DNA of 64,000 bases, taken from Candidatus Moraniibacteriota bacterium. Its GTDB lineage: Bacteria; Patescibacteriota; Minisyncoccia; Moranbacterales; UBA2206. Made by a program: the position numbers and the translations under genes. Location: contig CAVZKT010000003.1 in NCBI GenBank assembly GCA_963775955.1, forward strand, positions 14,805 to 78,804. Direction: 5' to 3'. This document shows positions 18,870 through 28,498 of this stretch, piece by piece (the stretch's first letter is position 1; each line of letters starts with the position of its first letter). The notes beneath the pieces were generated by a model. That model ran no database searches. It saw only the letters and a program-made list of their open reading frames with translations, and was not told the DNA's origin.

Positions 18870-19922
18870 ATGGAAAATGAAACAAATAAAAAAATAAAAC
18901 CGGCAACGATTATCCAGACAGCGGTTTTGATAGTTGTTTTGTATATTGTTTTCGTTGGAGTTTTGATTTATGTTTTTGATTTGGATAATGTGATTACCAG
19001 AATTTCTGCCAAAATTATTCCTTATCCGGCAGCGATAGTTGGCTCCAAACAGTTTGTTTCAATCAGCGAGTTGCAAAAAAATCTGCAGTCCGTAAAAAAT
19101 TTTTATGGAAACCAGAATTTTTCCGAAGCGGGGCTCAGAGTTGATTTTTCTACGGAAAACGGGCAAAAACGCCTGCTGGTGAAAAAAAAGGAAATTCTCA
19201 ACAAATTGATCGAAAATAAAATTATTGAGAGGCTGGCTTTTGAGCGCGGCATAATTATTACGGAAGAAATGACAGCGCAAGCAGTAAACCAGGAAATTGA
19301 AAAGTATGGAAATAAGGAGGAAACCCTGAATAATTTACAAAAGCTATATGGCTGGAACCAAAGCGATTTTGAAAAAAATTTAGTCAAACCCGACTTATGC
19401 CAGGCAGCTTTGGAAAAATATATCAAAGAAAATGAAACCGACGCCCAAAAGGCCAGGGAAAAAATCGAGTTGGCTTTTAATGAAATAAAAAATAGCCGGA
19501 GAGACTTTTCCGAAATTGCCCGCCAATATTCTGAGGGGGAAAGCGCCAAAAATGGCGGGGATTTAGGCTGGTTCAGCGCTGACCAGATACTTCCCCAATT
19601 GTCGGCCGCCACTTTTGCCCTGGAAAAAGGCGCGATGAGCGATATAATTGAAAGCGCGCTGGGATATCACATTGTAATTTTAGATGACAAAAAAACCGAA
19701 GAAGGGATTGACAAGGTTAAAATCCGGCAGATCTTCGTAAAAACCAAAAATTTTGCCGACTGGCTCGCTGAACAGGAAAAAAATATTAAAATTTTTATCC
19801 CGCTTGGAGATTTTTTCTGGGATCGGGAATTAGAAGAGGTTGAGTTTAAAAATGAAGATATGAAAGAATTTGAGCAAAATCTGGATAAAAATTCCGTTGG
19901 CGACGCGTCGGTTATGTTTTAA
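18870..19922 (+). CDS. Parvulin-type peptidyl-prolyl isomerase (PrsA/SurA-like), membrane-anchored
   Basis: PpiC domain: FSEIARQYSEGESAKNGGDLGWFSADQILPQLSAATFALEKGAMSDIIESALGYHIV. N-terminal TM present. Confidence 0.85.
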   Translation: MENETNKKIKPATIIQTAVLIVVLYIVFVGVLIYVFDLDNVITRISAKIIPYPAAIVGSKQFVSISELQKNLQSVKNFYGNQNFSEAGLRVDFSTENGQKRLLVKKKEILNKLIENKIIERLAFERGIIITEEMTAQAVNQEIEKYGNKEETLNNLQKLYGWNQSDFEKNLVKPDLCQAALEKYIKENETDAQKAREKIELAFNEIKNSRRDFSEIARQYSEGESAKNGGDLGWFSADQILPQLSAATFALEKGAMSDIIESALGYHIVILDDKKTEEGIDKVKIRQIFVKTKNFADWLAEQEKNIKIFIPLGDFFWDRELEEVEFKNEDMKEFEQNLDKNSVGDASVMF

Positions 19923-19936
19923 TTAATAATTAATTC

Positions 19937-19999
19937 ACCCTGTTGAGTAAATTTTACCCGGCAAAATTATCCCGCTGAGGCGGATTACTCAAACAGGGT
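19937..19999 (-). repeat. Inverted-repeat element, copy 5 (opposite orientation)
   Basis: ACCCTGTTGAGTAA / TTACTCAAACAGGGT (one bulge), with a 34-nt interior. Read on the minus strand it shows a GCGGGATAATT box and GGGTGAA after the 3' arm, as in copies 1-3. Confidence 0.7.
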
Positions 20000-20007
20000 A
20001 AAAAAAT

Positions 20008-20187
20008 ATGCCAAAAGCCAAAGTCAATGAAGAGCTTTGCATCGGTTGCGGAACCTGCGAGTCTCTTTGCCCCAATGTCTTTAAACTGGAAAACGGGAAG
20101 TCCCATGTTATTTCCGAAGACTGCGCTGATTGCAATTGCCAGGAAACAGTTGATAGCTGCCCGGTTGGAGCGATTTCCATAGAGTAA
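20008..20187 (+). CDS. Small ferredoxin (59 aa; below ORF-track cutoff)
   Basis: MPKAKVNEELCIGCGTCESLCPNVF...DCADCNCQETVDSCPVGAISIE carries a CxxCxxC...CP cluster motif plus extra Cys. The minus-strand track ORF 19989-20180 is its shadow. Confidence 0.8.
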   Translation: MPKAKVNEELCIGCGTCESLCPNVFKLENGKSHVISEDCADCNCQETVDSCPVGAISIE

Positions 20188-20239
20188 GAGTTAAATACTT
20201 ATTAAATATCCAGATAGCCTGTTTGAATCCATTAAACAG

Positions 20240-21549
20240 GTGTTTATGGGGCCTAAAAACATGGAAGAAATAAAAAATAACATTTCAAACACACTCCCGG
20301 GCAACGCTCCGGAAGAAAAACCCAAAAAAGTAAAGTTTATCCGGTTGGCGGCTTTTCTCTTGGTATTTATCGCCGCTTCTTTTTTTGGCGCTATTTTTGG
20401 TCTTATGAGCGGAGGGCTGGCGCAAAAATTTTTTCCGAATGCTTTTAAATCCTTGCCGGCATCAAACAGCGGAATAATCAAACAACAAATAATGGATGAA
20501 GATTCGGCGGTAATTGATGTCGTTGCTAAAGCCACGCCGGCCGTGGTAAGTATAATCATCAGCAAGGATATGCCGAAAATTCAGAGTTTTTTTTCCAATC
20601 CTTTTGATTTTCCGAATTTTTTTGACCCCTTTGGCAGTCCGCAGGACGACAGTGATAATTCCGGCGGAAGCGGCACGGAAAAAAAGCAAATTGGAGGCGG
20701 ATCGGGATTTTTGGTTTCCGGTGACGGCATAATTGTCACTAATAAACATGTCGTTTCAGACACAACCGCCGATTATACGGTTATTACAAATGACGGGAAA
20801 GAACATGTTGCCAGTGTTTTAGCCAAAGATCCGATAAATGACGTAGCCGTCATAAAAATTGAAGGTTCCAGCTATTCAACATTGAATTTTGGAGATTCGG
20901 ATTCCCTCAAAATCGGACAAACCGCCATCGCCATCGGAAATTCTCTGGGCGAATTTTCCAATACCGTAAGCAAGGGAATTATTTCCGGATTAAAAAGAAA
21001 TTTGACCGCCGGCGGAGGTTTCGGCGAAACAGAACAGCTTAGAAATATCATTCAAACAGATGCGGCCATTAATCCGGGAAATTCCGGCGGCCCGCTTTTA
21101 AATATCAATGGGGATATTATCGGAATAAATGTGGCGATGGCGCAAGGCGCTCAAAACATCGGCTTTGCTATTCCCTCAAATCAAATCAAAAAAATTGTTG
21201 ATCAGGTCAAAACAACCGGAAAAATATCCACGCCTTATTTCGGCGTCCGCTACATCCCAATTGACAGCGTTATCCAAAAAGACAATAATTTGCCATTTGA
21301 TTATGGCGTGCTAGTGCTGCGCGGGCAAAAAATAACTGATTTTGCGGTTATTCCGGGATCATCCCGGCGGACAAAGCCGGTATCACGGAAAATGATATAA
21401 TTTTAGAAATCAACGGAACGAAAATTGATACTGAAGACAGCCTGACTGATATTGTCGCAAAATTCAATGTCGGCGATACAATAACGCTCAAAATCTGGCA
21501 CAAAGGGGAGATCAGGGAGGCGCGAGTCCAGCTGACAGAACGAAAATAG
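20240..21549 (+). CDS. htrA: HtrA/DegP-family serine protease (S1C + PDZ), one frameshift
   Basis: The triad contexts are intact: VTNKHVV, NDVAVIKI, INPGNSGGPLL. The PDZ domain (PADKAGITENDIILEINGTKI...TLKIWHKGEIREARVQLTERK) is in another frame from about 21364 to stop 21547-21549. Confidence 0.9.
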
Positions 21550-21623
21550 TCGAAAATTGTCATGACAAAATAAAAATGTTACACTAAATTCGGATAATTT
21601 GTTCGTGCTCCTGATTTTTTCAA

Positions 21624-22364
21624 ATGTTTTTAAAGCTTCGCCTACTTTTATTCAGCCTGCTTTTTTTCGCGGGACTTGAGTTTGCCGTATTCCAGCCGCG
21701 GTTTATTTTTTTAGTGGCTGTTATTTTAGCGCTACTCGCTCTTTTTGAGGGCAAAAAAAGCGGCGGCAAATGGCTGTTTTCTATTTTGCCCGTAATTCTT
21801 TCGATTTTTTCAATTATCCAGTTGTACCTAATCGGACTTGCTTATGAACAGCAAGTTTTTATTCTGCTGGCCTCCGGCATGTATTATCTGGCGCTTTTAA
21901 GCGCTTATCGATTAGGGCAATATCGCCAAGACCAAACTGCCCGGGGAATGAATATGGCGGCCGCTACTGCGACGATTTTTTTTACTTATGCCGGCGCTTA
22001 TGGATGGTATCTTAATTTTTTAGTTCCGCTTTATTGGCTGATGCTTGTTTTTCTTATTGCGACTCTTTTTATAAGTTACCAATATTTTTCAATTATCAAA
22101 CCAGGGGAAAAAAGGACAGTCTGGATTTACTGTTTTGTACTGTCACTTATAATGGCGGAAATTATCTGGACAATGAATTTTTGGCCCTTTGGATACTTGA
22201 CGACCGGCGTTATTGCGCTTATACTCTACTATGTTCTTTGGGACCTCATTCAAAGCCATTTTCTCAACCTTTTGAGCAAAAAAAGGGTAATCGCAAATAT
22301 GGTCTTTTTTTCCGTAATGATCATTCTGGTTTTAATGACAGCCAAATGGATACCGGTTATATAG
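21624..22364 (+). CDS. Polytopic membrane protein, unknown function
   Basis: 246-aa ORF with about 7 hydrophobic segments. A possible promoter is TTGTCA (21557-21562), 17-nt spacer, TACACT with an upstream TG. Confidence 0.6.
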   Translation: MFLKLRLLLFSLLFFAGLEFAVFQPRFIFLVAVILALLALFEGKKSGGKWLFSILPVILSIFSIIQLYLIGLAYEQQVFILLASGMYYLALLSAYRLGQYRQDQTARGMNMAAATATIFFTYAGAYGWYLNFLVPLYWLMLVFLIATLFISYQYFSIIKPGEKRTVWIYCFVLSLIMAEIIWTMNFWPFGYLTTGVIALILYYVLWDLIQSHFLNLLSKKRVIANMVFFSVMIILVLMTAKWIPVI

Positions 22365-22425
22365 AATTTAAAATTTAAAATTCGTAATTCGAAATTAAAA
22401 AAACAGCAAGCTTGATGCAGGCCAT

Positions 22426-23583
22426 ATGAAAAAGAAAATAATTAAAAAAATACTAATAATTCTATTCATTATGATTATTGGCGGTTTAGGCGGAATTATT
22501 GCTAATCGTTATTTTTTTCCGTATCTTAGCGCGACCAATCTTTTTTCCAAATATGAATTTCTGAAAAAATCGGCCGAAAATGTCACTGTGATCAATAAAA
22601 CAGAACAGGTATTTGTGAAAGAAGACACATCAATTGAAAAGATTGCAAATTCAGCTTCTTCCTCGGTGGTGAATATCATATCTTTTTCCGCGCCGGAACA
22701 AAAAAATATGGCAGTTGGCGCGCTTACGGTTTTGACAAAAAACAGCACGGGCTTAATTGTTACCAGCGATGGCTTAATCGCAACTTATATTCCAGAGATC
22801 GATCCCGGCAAAACAAAGTTCAAGGTCTTGACTTTTGACGGGAATAACTATGACGCTGAATTTAGCGGATTCGATACTTACAGCAATTTGGCTTTTTTGA
22901 AAATCAGCGCTTCCAATCTGCCGACTGTTTCTTTTGGAAATTCTGACGATACTGTGCCGGGGGAAAAGGCGCTGACTATTGGAAACAGCCTTGCTTCCTT
23001 TGGTTATCTATATCAGGCGGGATTACTCCGCAGTTTTAATCCGGCTTATAATTTGGCCGGAAAAACGGTTTCTTCCTCTGAAAAACTGGAGGGTGTGTTT
23101 AACACTGATTTCAACTCTCTGGCAGATTTTATTGGAGGACCGATCGTTGATTATTCCGGAAAAGTAATTGGCATAGTCGGGTTTCTGAATAAAAACAACG
23201 GGATTGAATATTTCCAAATACCTTCTAATAAAGTAAAAAACGTGATTGACCGCGCTATAAAAAAAGAGCTGGAGCAAAATCCGAATTTGGGAATATACTA
23301 TCTTCCGATAAATGAAACACTTTCGCTTGCCAATAGCCTGGCGAGCGACAAAGGCGCGCTGATATATTCTCCATCCGGGCAGCAGGGCCTGGCGATTATT
23401 TCCGGATCTCCGGCGCAAAAAGCGGGATTGCAAATTAATGACATAATACTGTTGGTTAATAATCAGGAAATAAATCCGCAAAACAGCCTTTCGGATATTC
23501 TCTATAAATACAAAAAGGGGGACCAAATTGAGCTTAAAGTTTTGCGCGGCGGACAAGAGCTGAAAATTCCGGTTCAACTGTAA
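22426..23583 (+). CDS. HtrA-like protein with PDZ domain but substituted catalytic triad (pseudoprotease)
   Basis: Aligns by eye to the 20240 paralog. TNKHVV becomes ATYIPE, NDVAVIKI becomes SNLAFLKI, and GNSGGPL becomes DFIGGPI. The PDZ-like segment PAQKAGLQINDIILLVNNQEI is retained. Confidence 0.75.
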   Translation: MKKKIIKKILIILFIMIIGGLGGIIANRYFFPYLSATNLFSKYEFLKKSAENVTVINKTEQVFVKEDTSIEKIANSASSSVVNIISFSAPEQKNMAVGALTVLTKNSTGLIVTSDGLIATYIPEIDPGKTKFKVLTFDGNNYDAEFSGFDTYSNLAFLKISASNLPTVSFGNSDDTVPGEKALTIGNSLASFGYLYQAGLLRSFNPAYNLAGKTVSSSEKLEGVFNTDFNSLADFIGGPIVDYSGKVIGIVGFLNKNNGIEYFQIPSNKVKNVIDRAIKKELEQNPNLGIYYLPINETLSLANSLASDKGALIYSPSGQQGLAIISGSPAQKAGLQINDIILLVNNQEINPQNSLSDILYKYKKGDQIELKVLRGGQELKIPVQL

Positions 23584-23608
23584 AAAGCCGTAAAAAATTA
23601 TTTTTCAG

Positions 23609-23634
23609 AGACCCCCTTTTAAGAGGGGTTTTCG
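23609..23634 (+). terminator. Weak intrinsic terminator
   Basis: The short GC stem ACCCC...GGGGT is followed by TTTT. Confidence 0.45.
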
Positions 23635-23637
23635 TAT

Positions 23638-23665
23638 TTGACAAAATTCATAAAAGAGTTATTAT
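23638..23665 (+). promoter_or_regulatory. Sigma70-like promoter
   Basis: TTGACA (23638-23643), 16-nt spacer, TATTAT (23660-23665). Confidence 0.55.
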
Positions 23666-23755
23666 TGGGTGTTCTTTTATAAATAAAGAATGTTGAGGGC
23701 TAAATCCTGATTTTCGGGATTAAATTATAAACATGCCAAAAAAGGAGGTAATGTC

Positions 23756-24341
23756 ATGAAAATGACAAAGATGTTGCTTGTAGTTTTATTTTCTCTCGCG
23801 CTTTTTGTTGCATGCGGTGGGGGAGGAGGGAGACAGTTCCGTAACTGTTAACCCTGTTAATCCGTCGACACCCGAGCCTACGCCTACGCCGGCGACAACA
23901 ACCACCCCTGGAACAATAACCCTCAGCACACCCTTAAATGGGTTGACGCCACTGACATTTAGTTCGGCGCTCCTGCAGAATCACATTGTAATGGAACCCG
24001 ACAAAGTTGTTGGGCTAATGAACGAAGCTGTGCAAATCGGCATCGTTCAGGAAGTTTGCTGGGAGGGGTTTTTGGCAAAATGGTCAGATCCGGATCATGG
24101 AAAATTTCAAAAAAATTATTGCACCACCAATGTAAGCTCAGGCGATAATTTTCAGGGGATGATTCTGATACCACAGTGTGATGCGGGAAACCTAGTAGCA
24201 TATCTGACCTCAACAATAAACAACGGAGAAACATCCTGGTTCAACATCTGGGACTGGGAGGTCCCGGCAGGATCCACTAAAAATCTGGAGCAGGGATGGA
24301 TAATTACCTGCATAAATAACTTGCCCCCTGGTGCGCATTAA
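23756..24341 (+). CDS. Lipoprotein with Pro/Thr linker and Cys-rich domain, one frameshift after the lipobox
   Basis: GGAGG lies 7 nt upstream. The signal peptide and lipobox MKMTKMLLVVLFSLALFVAC-GGG are in one frame. The mature part DSSVTVNPVNPSTPEPTPTPATTTTPG is in the frame of 23805. The switch is in the G-rich run at about 23815-23832. Confidence 0.7.
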
Positions 24342-24347
24342 CAAATA

Positions 24348-24401
24348 GGTCCCGACGATTTTAGAGAATCTTTCTCTGGATAGTCGGGGCCTTGTTTTTT
24401 T
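24348..24401 (+). terminator. Intrinsic terminator
   Basis: The stem GGTCCCGAC...GTCGGGGCC (one G-U) is followed by TTGTTTTTTT. Confidence 0.7.
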
Positions 24402-24410
24402 GCACAGCCC

Positions 24411-24439
24411 TTGACAAAATTAAATTTCAGTATTAGAAT
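24411..24439 (+). promoter_or_regulatory. Sigma70-like promoter
   Basis: TTGACA (24411-24416), 17-nt spacer, TAGAAT (24434-24439). Confidence 0.65.
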
Positions 24440-24465
24440 AGGAAGTTAAAATGTAATAAATATAT

Positions 24466-25152
24466 ATGACGAAGGAAAAACTCGTTTTTTTGGCCAAAAC
24501 AAAGCTTTTTACCCTAATTTTAACGGGTCTTCTTCTGGGCGCCATATCCTTTCTTTTCCTGGTTACTACCCAAAAAAGCTTTAAAGCGAGCACTGACCTT
24601 TTGGTTGTGCAAAATCAAAATGGATTCACGGACTATTACGCGCTTTCCAAATCAGCCGATTTTTTGACCAGCGTTTTAGTTGAATCGGCTTACAGCGAAA
24701 AATTTATCAGCGAAGTAAAAAATACCAATCTGGTTTCCATGGCATTCTTGCCGACCAACAAGCGGGATGCTTTAAAAAAATGGGAACGTACGGTAAAAAT
24801 AAGCCGCAATCCGAATCTGGGAATAGTGCATGTGGAAGTTTTTGGCGAGGATCAAAAACAGGTCACGGATATTTCCAATGCTGTAATTCAGGTGATGACT
24901 TCAAAAAATTTCCTATTTTTAGGCAGCGGACAAAATATTGACGCAAGAGTTTTAAGCGGTCCGATTTGGGAAAAAAATCCAAGTGTTAGCAATATCATCC
25001 TAGCTGTTATTGGCGGATTTATAATCGGATTCTTGCTGGCGCTGTTGTGGATTTTTTATCGGGCGGAAAAATATGAAGCGATGCTGAAAAATCAAATAAG
25101 AACTCCAGAGCCGGATGAATATGAAGAAAGTTTGAGATATTTGGAGAAATAA
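24466..25152 (+). CDS. Wzz-like chain-length determinant family protein
   Basis: TM1 (LILTGLLLGAISFLFLV), a soluble region, TM2 (ILAVIGGFIIGFLLALLWIF), and a short acidic tail. Confidence 0.55.
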   Translation: MTKEKLVFLAKTKLFTLILTGLLLGAISFLFLVTTQKSFKASTDLLVVQNQNGFTDYYALSKSADFLTSVLVESAYSEKFISEVKNTNLVSMAFLPTNKRDALKKWERTVKISRNPNLGIVHVEVFGEDQKQVTDISNAVIQVMTSKNFLFLGSGQNIDARVLSGPIWEKNPSVSNIILAVIGGFIIGFLLALLWIFYRAEKYEAMLKNQIRTPEPDEYEESLRYLEK

Positions 25153-25302
25153 TTCATAATTTAAAATCCAAAATCAGTGAGATGCTTTAATGTTATGCAA
25201 CATTGAGGCATCTGTCAGACGAGGATGAAAAGGATAGTGCAGTTTCGTCTTTGACGGAACTTTTGACAAAAAAATAATTTAGAAAGAAAGGATGGAATAA
25301 AA

Positions 25303-26670
25303 ATGAAAAGGATGAGAATGATAATTTTGTTGTTTGTGGCGGCCGCCGTCCTTTCGGGATGCGCGACTACCAATAATTTTCAGTTTGCGGATGTAATTGA
25401 TTTGCAGGGTGGTGAAGTTGAACGTGCCAGTAGTTCCGAGAATCAACCAAGTCAAAGGGTTGAGATTATAGAGGATGAAGGTGATGGTAAAAAAATTGTC
25501 AGATTTTCAACTGATCCCTATGCTACGCTCGGGGTTATGAAAACCCAGGCGCTAGTGTCCGGGAATGTGACAATAGTTGTTGGCGTGGTTCCGGATATTC
25601 GCTTTGGCGAATATTTTCCGGGGGCCATCGGCGGGAAATGCTGGGCAGTAAAAGAAGAAAAGGAATTCTATTGCCAATCAATTCTTTTGCCTCCAGGTCC
25701 TGATCTGCGATTTCGGGTTGCCTATATTATTGAGGGTCTGCCCGAAGAAGTGGCAAAAGCCAAAGTAATGGAGCTCTCCGTCACGGGAGAATATCTCTAT
25801 GATGGCGGAGGCGATGAGTTTATTGCCGACAAGAAAAACACAAAAGACGGCAAAATTCGCAGAAAGTTTATTTCTGAAAATGGAACATTCGCTTACAATC
25901 TGCCGCGCATGGACGGTTTGCGGGAGGCTATTCTTGACTGGAACGAATATTCTACGCCGGAAGGCATACTTTTGAGCCCGCTGGGTTCCGAAGAGGTTGC
26001 CTACATCGCGAGCATTAATCCACAATATAAATTTATGGATAAGCTCATTGGAACTGGAGATTTTTCTCTAAAACCGGATCTGGCTGGCATGGGCACCGGG
26101 TTGGCGCTGGATGTATTCAGAGCTATGGGAGCGCCTGCCACTGGCTGGGATTATTCATCAATGCTTCCGAGCCGACGCAATATGGGTCTTATTTTTGAAT
26201 ATGTCGGCAAAATGAGGCTAGCTTCAGTAGGCCTAGCGCCTGTTGAAAATACTAAAAAAATTGCAAAAGCTGGGAAAGTAGTTGAAAAAGTAAAGCAAGT
26301 TGGGAAGGCTGCTACTATTGAACCAAAGACAGGAGCTGTACAAATAGCCGAGACAAAAAATCCAAAGACGCAAAAATTTTCAGCGGCAGTAAGAAAATTG
26401 GCCGAAGAAAAGATTATGAAGCTCGGCTTTCAAGAAGATGTTTCCCTGTCGCTTGCTCAAAAAGTAAAAAGCGGGGATTATGACAAAGTTAATTTGTCAT
26501 ATGGTTCACATGCAAGCGTCATGTTGGTTAATGGCAGCATTAAAAATAACATGCGCCTGCAATGGCCTGAAAATCCGGATTACAAGTTTTTCGCCGAAAA
26601 ATACGAGGTGGATGGTTATGTTTTATACCATCTTATATGGAAAAAACAGGAGTTGTGGTGGAAAACATAA
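25303..26670 (+). CDS. Lipoprotein, unknown function (455 aa)
   Basis: Signal peptide plus lipobox MKRMRMIILLFVAAAVLSGC-ATT. I recognise no family. Confidence 0.7.
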   Translation: MKRMRMIILLFVAAAVLSGCATTNNFQFADVIDLQGGEVERASSSENQPSQRVEIIEDEGDGKKIVRFSTDPYATLGVMKTQALVSGNVTIVVGVVPDIRFGEYFPGAIGGKCWAVKEEKEFYCQSILLPPGPDLRFRVAYIIEGLPEEVAKAKVMELSVTGEYLYDGGGDEFIADKKNTKDGKIRRKFISENGTFAYNLPRMDGLREAILDWNEYSTPEGILLSPLGSEEVAYIASINPQYKFMDKLIGTGDFSLKPDLAGMGTGLALDVFRAMGAPATGWDYSSMLPSRRNMGLIFEYVGKMRLASVGLAPVENTKKIAKAGKVVEKVKQVGKAATIEPKTGAVQIAETKNPKTQKFSAAVRKLAEEKIMKLGFQEDVSLSLAQKVKSGDYDKVNLSYGSHASVMLVNGSIKNNMRLQWPENPDYKFFAEKYEVDGYVLYHLIWKKQELWWKT

Positions 26671-26684
26671 AAGAGGAGGCTTAT

Positions 26685-27644
26685 ATGAAAAATCTTTTGG
26701 TAGCATTTTTGATGGTTGCTTTTCTTGCATTTTTTGCGGGAATAGCAACAGCAGGAGACGATGAGAATCTTGACAGTATGCATGAGCCACAGGGCGGTGC
26801 ATATATCGGAACCAACAAACTTACCACCTGGGGAGGCGGATGGGTCAAGTATAAGTATAGCAAAAAGACTTGCGATTCCGCCGCTAAGGGAAAATGCATC
26901 GCGAATGTCGGCGCGGTTTATCCCGGAGTTGGAGTTTTAGGAAGCTTTACCACTGGTCGAACAAAAAACTCAACCTATAAATATGATGAGTGGGCAGCAG
27001 GTCCGCTTGGGGGTGCAAAGTTTTTTGGAGAAGACGATACCGGCAGGCCTTGGATGGTTGAGATTGATGTAGCTCCTCAATTCTATGGCGTTAAAGGACA
27101 CAATAAAGAAAAAGAGAGGTACTATAACGATCAAAAAGGCATAAAGGCTAATGTCCGAATTGAAGCCAACAAAATCACAGGTGAAAGCTCGGTAATCGGG
27201 GGCTATATTGAGGGAAATATCCCAATTAAGGTTACTTCCTATAAATCCTCGTGGAAAGGCGACAAGCCATCCAATAGAGGCTCAATTGAAATTGGAGGAT
27301 ACAAAATCACTCCGATAAATGATGACTGGGATTATGAATTGTCTGTATCTCTAATGAAAGGTTTCTGGGACAGGCAAGTATTCGGTAAGATCGTTCCACT
27401 GGAATTGATCTATAAAAACCGATTAAGGTTTGGGGGCGGCGTGTCTCTGCCTTTAGGCATTAGCAGTGTATATAAGGGCGCATCATTCGGAGACCTTGTT
27501 ACACCCTGGGCGTTCGTTCAGTATGACACCGGACCGGACGTAAGAAAGATTGACGCAGGAAAAAAATCCAGCCGGGTAATTCCACTGGATAAACCTGCAA
27601 ACAAAGAAAACAAAACCAATGCTGCCAAAGAGCAGCGCAAATAA
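26685..27644 (+). CDS. Secreted protein, unknown function (beta-strand-rich by eye, Lys-rich tail)
   Basis: GAGGAGG SD, then MKNLLVAFLMVAFLAFFAGIATA-GDD signal peptide. ATG 26685 is in frame with track start 26637. Confidence 0.7.
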   Translation: MKNLLVAFLMVAFLAFFAGIATAGDDENLDSMHEPQGGAYIGTNKLTTWGGGWVKYKYSKKTCDSAAKGKCIANVGAVYPGVGVLGSFTTGRTKNSTYKYDEWAAGPLGGAKFFGEDDTGRPWMVEIDVAPQFYGVKGHNKEKERYYNDQKGIKANVRIEANKITGESSVIGGYIEGNIPIKVTSYKSSWKGDKPSNRGSIEIGGYKITPINDDWDYELSVSLMKGFWDRQVFGKIVPLELIYKNRLRFGGGVSLPLGISSVYKGASFGDLVTPWAFVQYDTGPDVRKIDAGKKSSRVIPLDKPANKENKTNAAKEQRK

Positions 27645-27657
27645 CAAGGAGGGTGCT

Positions 27658-28491
27658 ATGAAATCAAAGAAGTTAGTGGTGTTTTTCGGTATTATTGGTG
27701 TTCTATTGTTCGGCGTAGCCTATGCGGAGACCTTTTCACCGGTTAACTGCCTGTATGTAGATGCAGATACAAATGGCAGGGTTATTACAAAAGGCAGTCC
27801 GATTGACATTGCAATGTTGACGACTGCCGTCCAATTCTGTCCGGACCAGCTGAAAGCCGATGCTGGTGGATCCTGTGACGTTCTAAGGAATAAATACCAG
27901 GATTTTGTTATTATTAATCCTGGTGAAGCCACCTTTCAATTAAACATGCGCTCTATTTCTGATAAAGGGCAGGTAGCGTTTAACCTGAAGAATGGAAGAC
28001 TATGGCTGCTCATCACTAATCCCAATGTTGTAGTGGGCAAGAATCTCGCCCTTGAAATGAGTCATCCTAACCCCGGAAGTGAGGATGGAAAAGGCGGGAC
28101 CCATTTCGTTTATACAGGACATGGATATGTTCCAAAATATCCGGTTAGCGGAGGTGGCGAGGCCTGTGTGGGCGGGTCATTAATTTTGAACCTTGCGGTT
28201 CCTGAAAAAGTTCCGTGTAAGGTTACATTGCGTGGCGAAGCCACACGAACAAAGGAGCTAAAAAGGATAATTACCGCATATTGGGGAGTTGAAGTTGAAA
28301 TAAAAGCTGTGACAAAAGGACATGACGTTGTAGTGACAGGAGCAGGCGGAACCAGAATGGTTCCAGTTTCAGACAAACTCCTCACTAAACTTGAGAAGCT
28401 GAGCGGGGATGGAAATGCAGGCGATTCATTGAATAGTCTGTGCCCCAAACAGGCGAAATCGCTCCGAGAAGCAATTGGAGATTGTAAGTAG
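27658..28491 (+). CDS. Secreted Cys-containing protein, unknown function
   Basis: AAGGAGGG SD, then MKSKKLVVFFGIIGVLLFGVAYA-ETF signal peptide. The mature part has 8 Cys. Confidence 0.7.
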   Translation: MKSKKLVVFFGIIGVLLFGVAYAETFSPVNCLYVDADTNGRVITKGSPIDIAMLTTAVQFCPDQLKADAGGSCDVLRNKYQDFVIINPGEATFQLNMRSISDKGQVAFNLKNGRLWLLITNPNVVVGKNLALEMSHPNPGSEDGKGGTHFVYTGHGYVPKYPVSGGGEACVGGSLILNLAVPEKVPCKVTLRGEATRTKELKRIITAYWGVEVEIKAVTKGHDVVVTGAGGTRMVPVSDKLLTKLEKLSGDGNAGDSLNSLCPKQAKSLREAIGDCK

Positions 28492-28498
28492 GTCAAAA

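Noticed and set aside
23023-23577. Long antisense ORFs (also 8850-9335, 11706-12137, 19103-19612, 20191-20565, 35596-35934, 52005-52457 and others)
   Set aside because: Each lies opposite a gene with clear homology-type motifs. Their translations are low-complexity or basic shadow sequences typical of AT-rich DNA.
26685-27644. Calling the secreted beta-rich protein an outer-membrane porin/beta-barrel
   Set aside because: This rests only on a by-eye impression of alternating residues. The C-terminus is a Lys-rich tail rather than the aromatic-terminal strand typical of OMPs, and no BAM or outer-membrane genes are visible. It is left as unknown.
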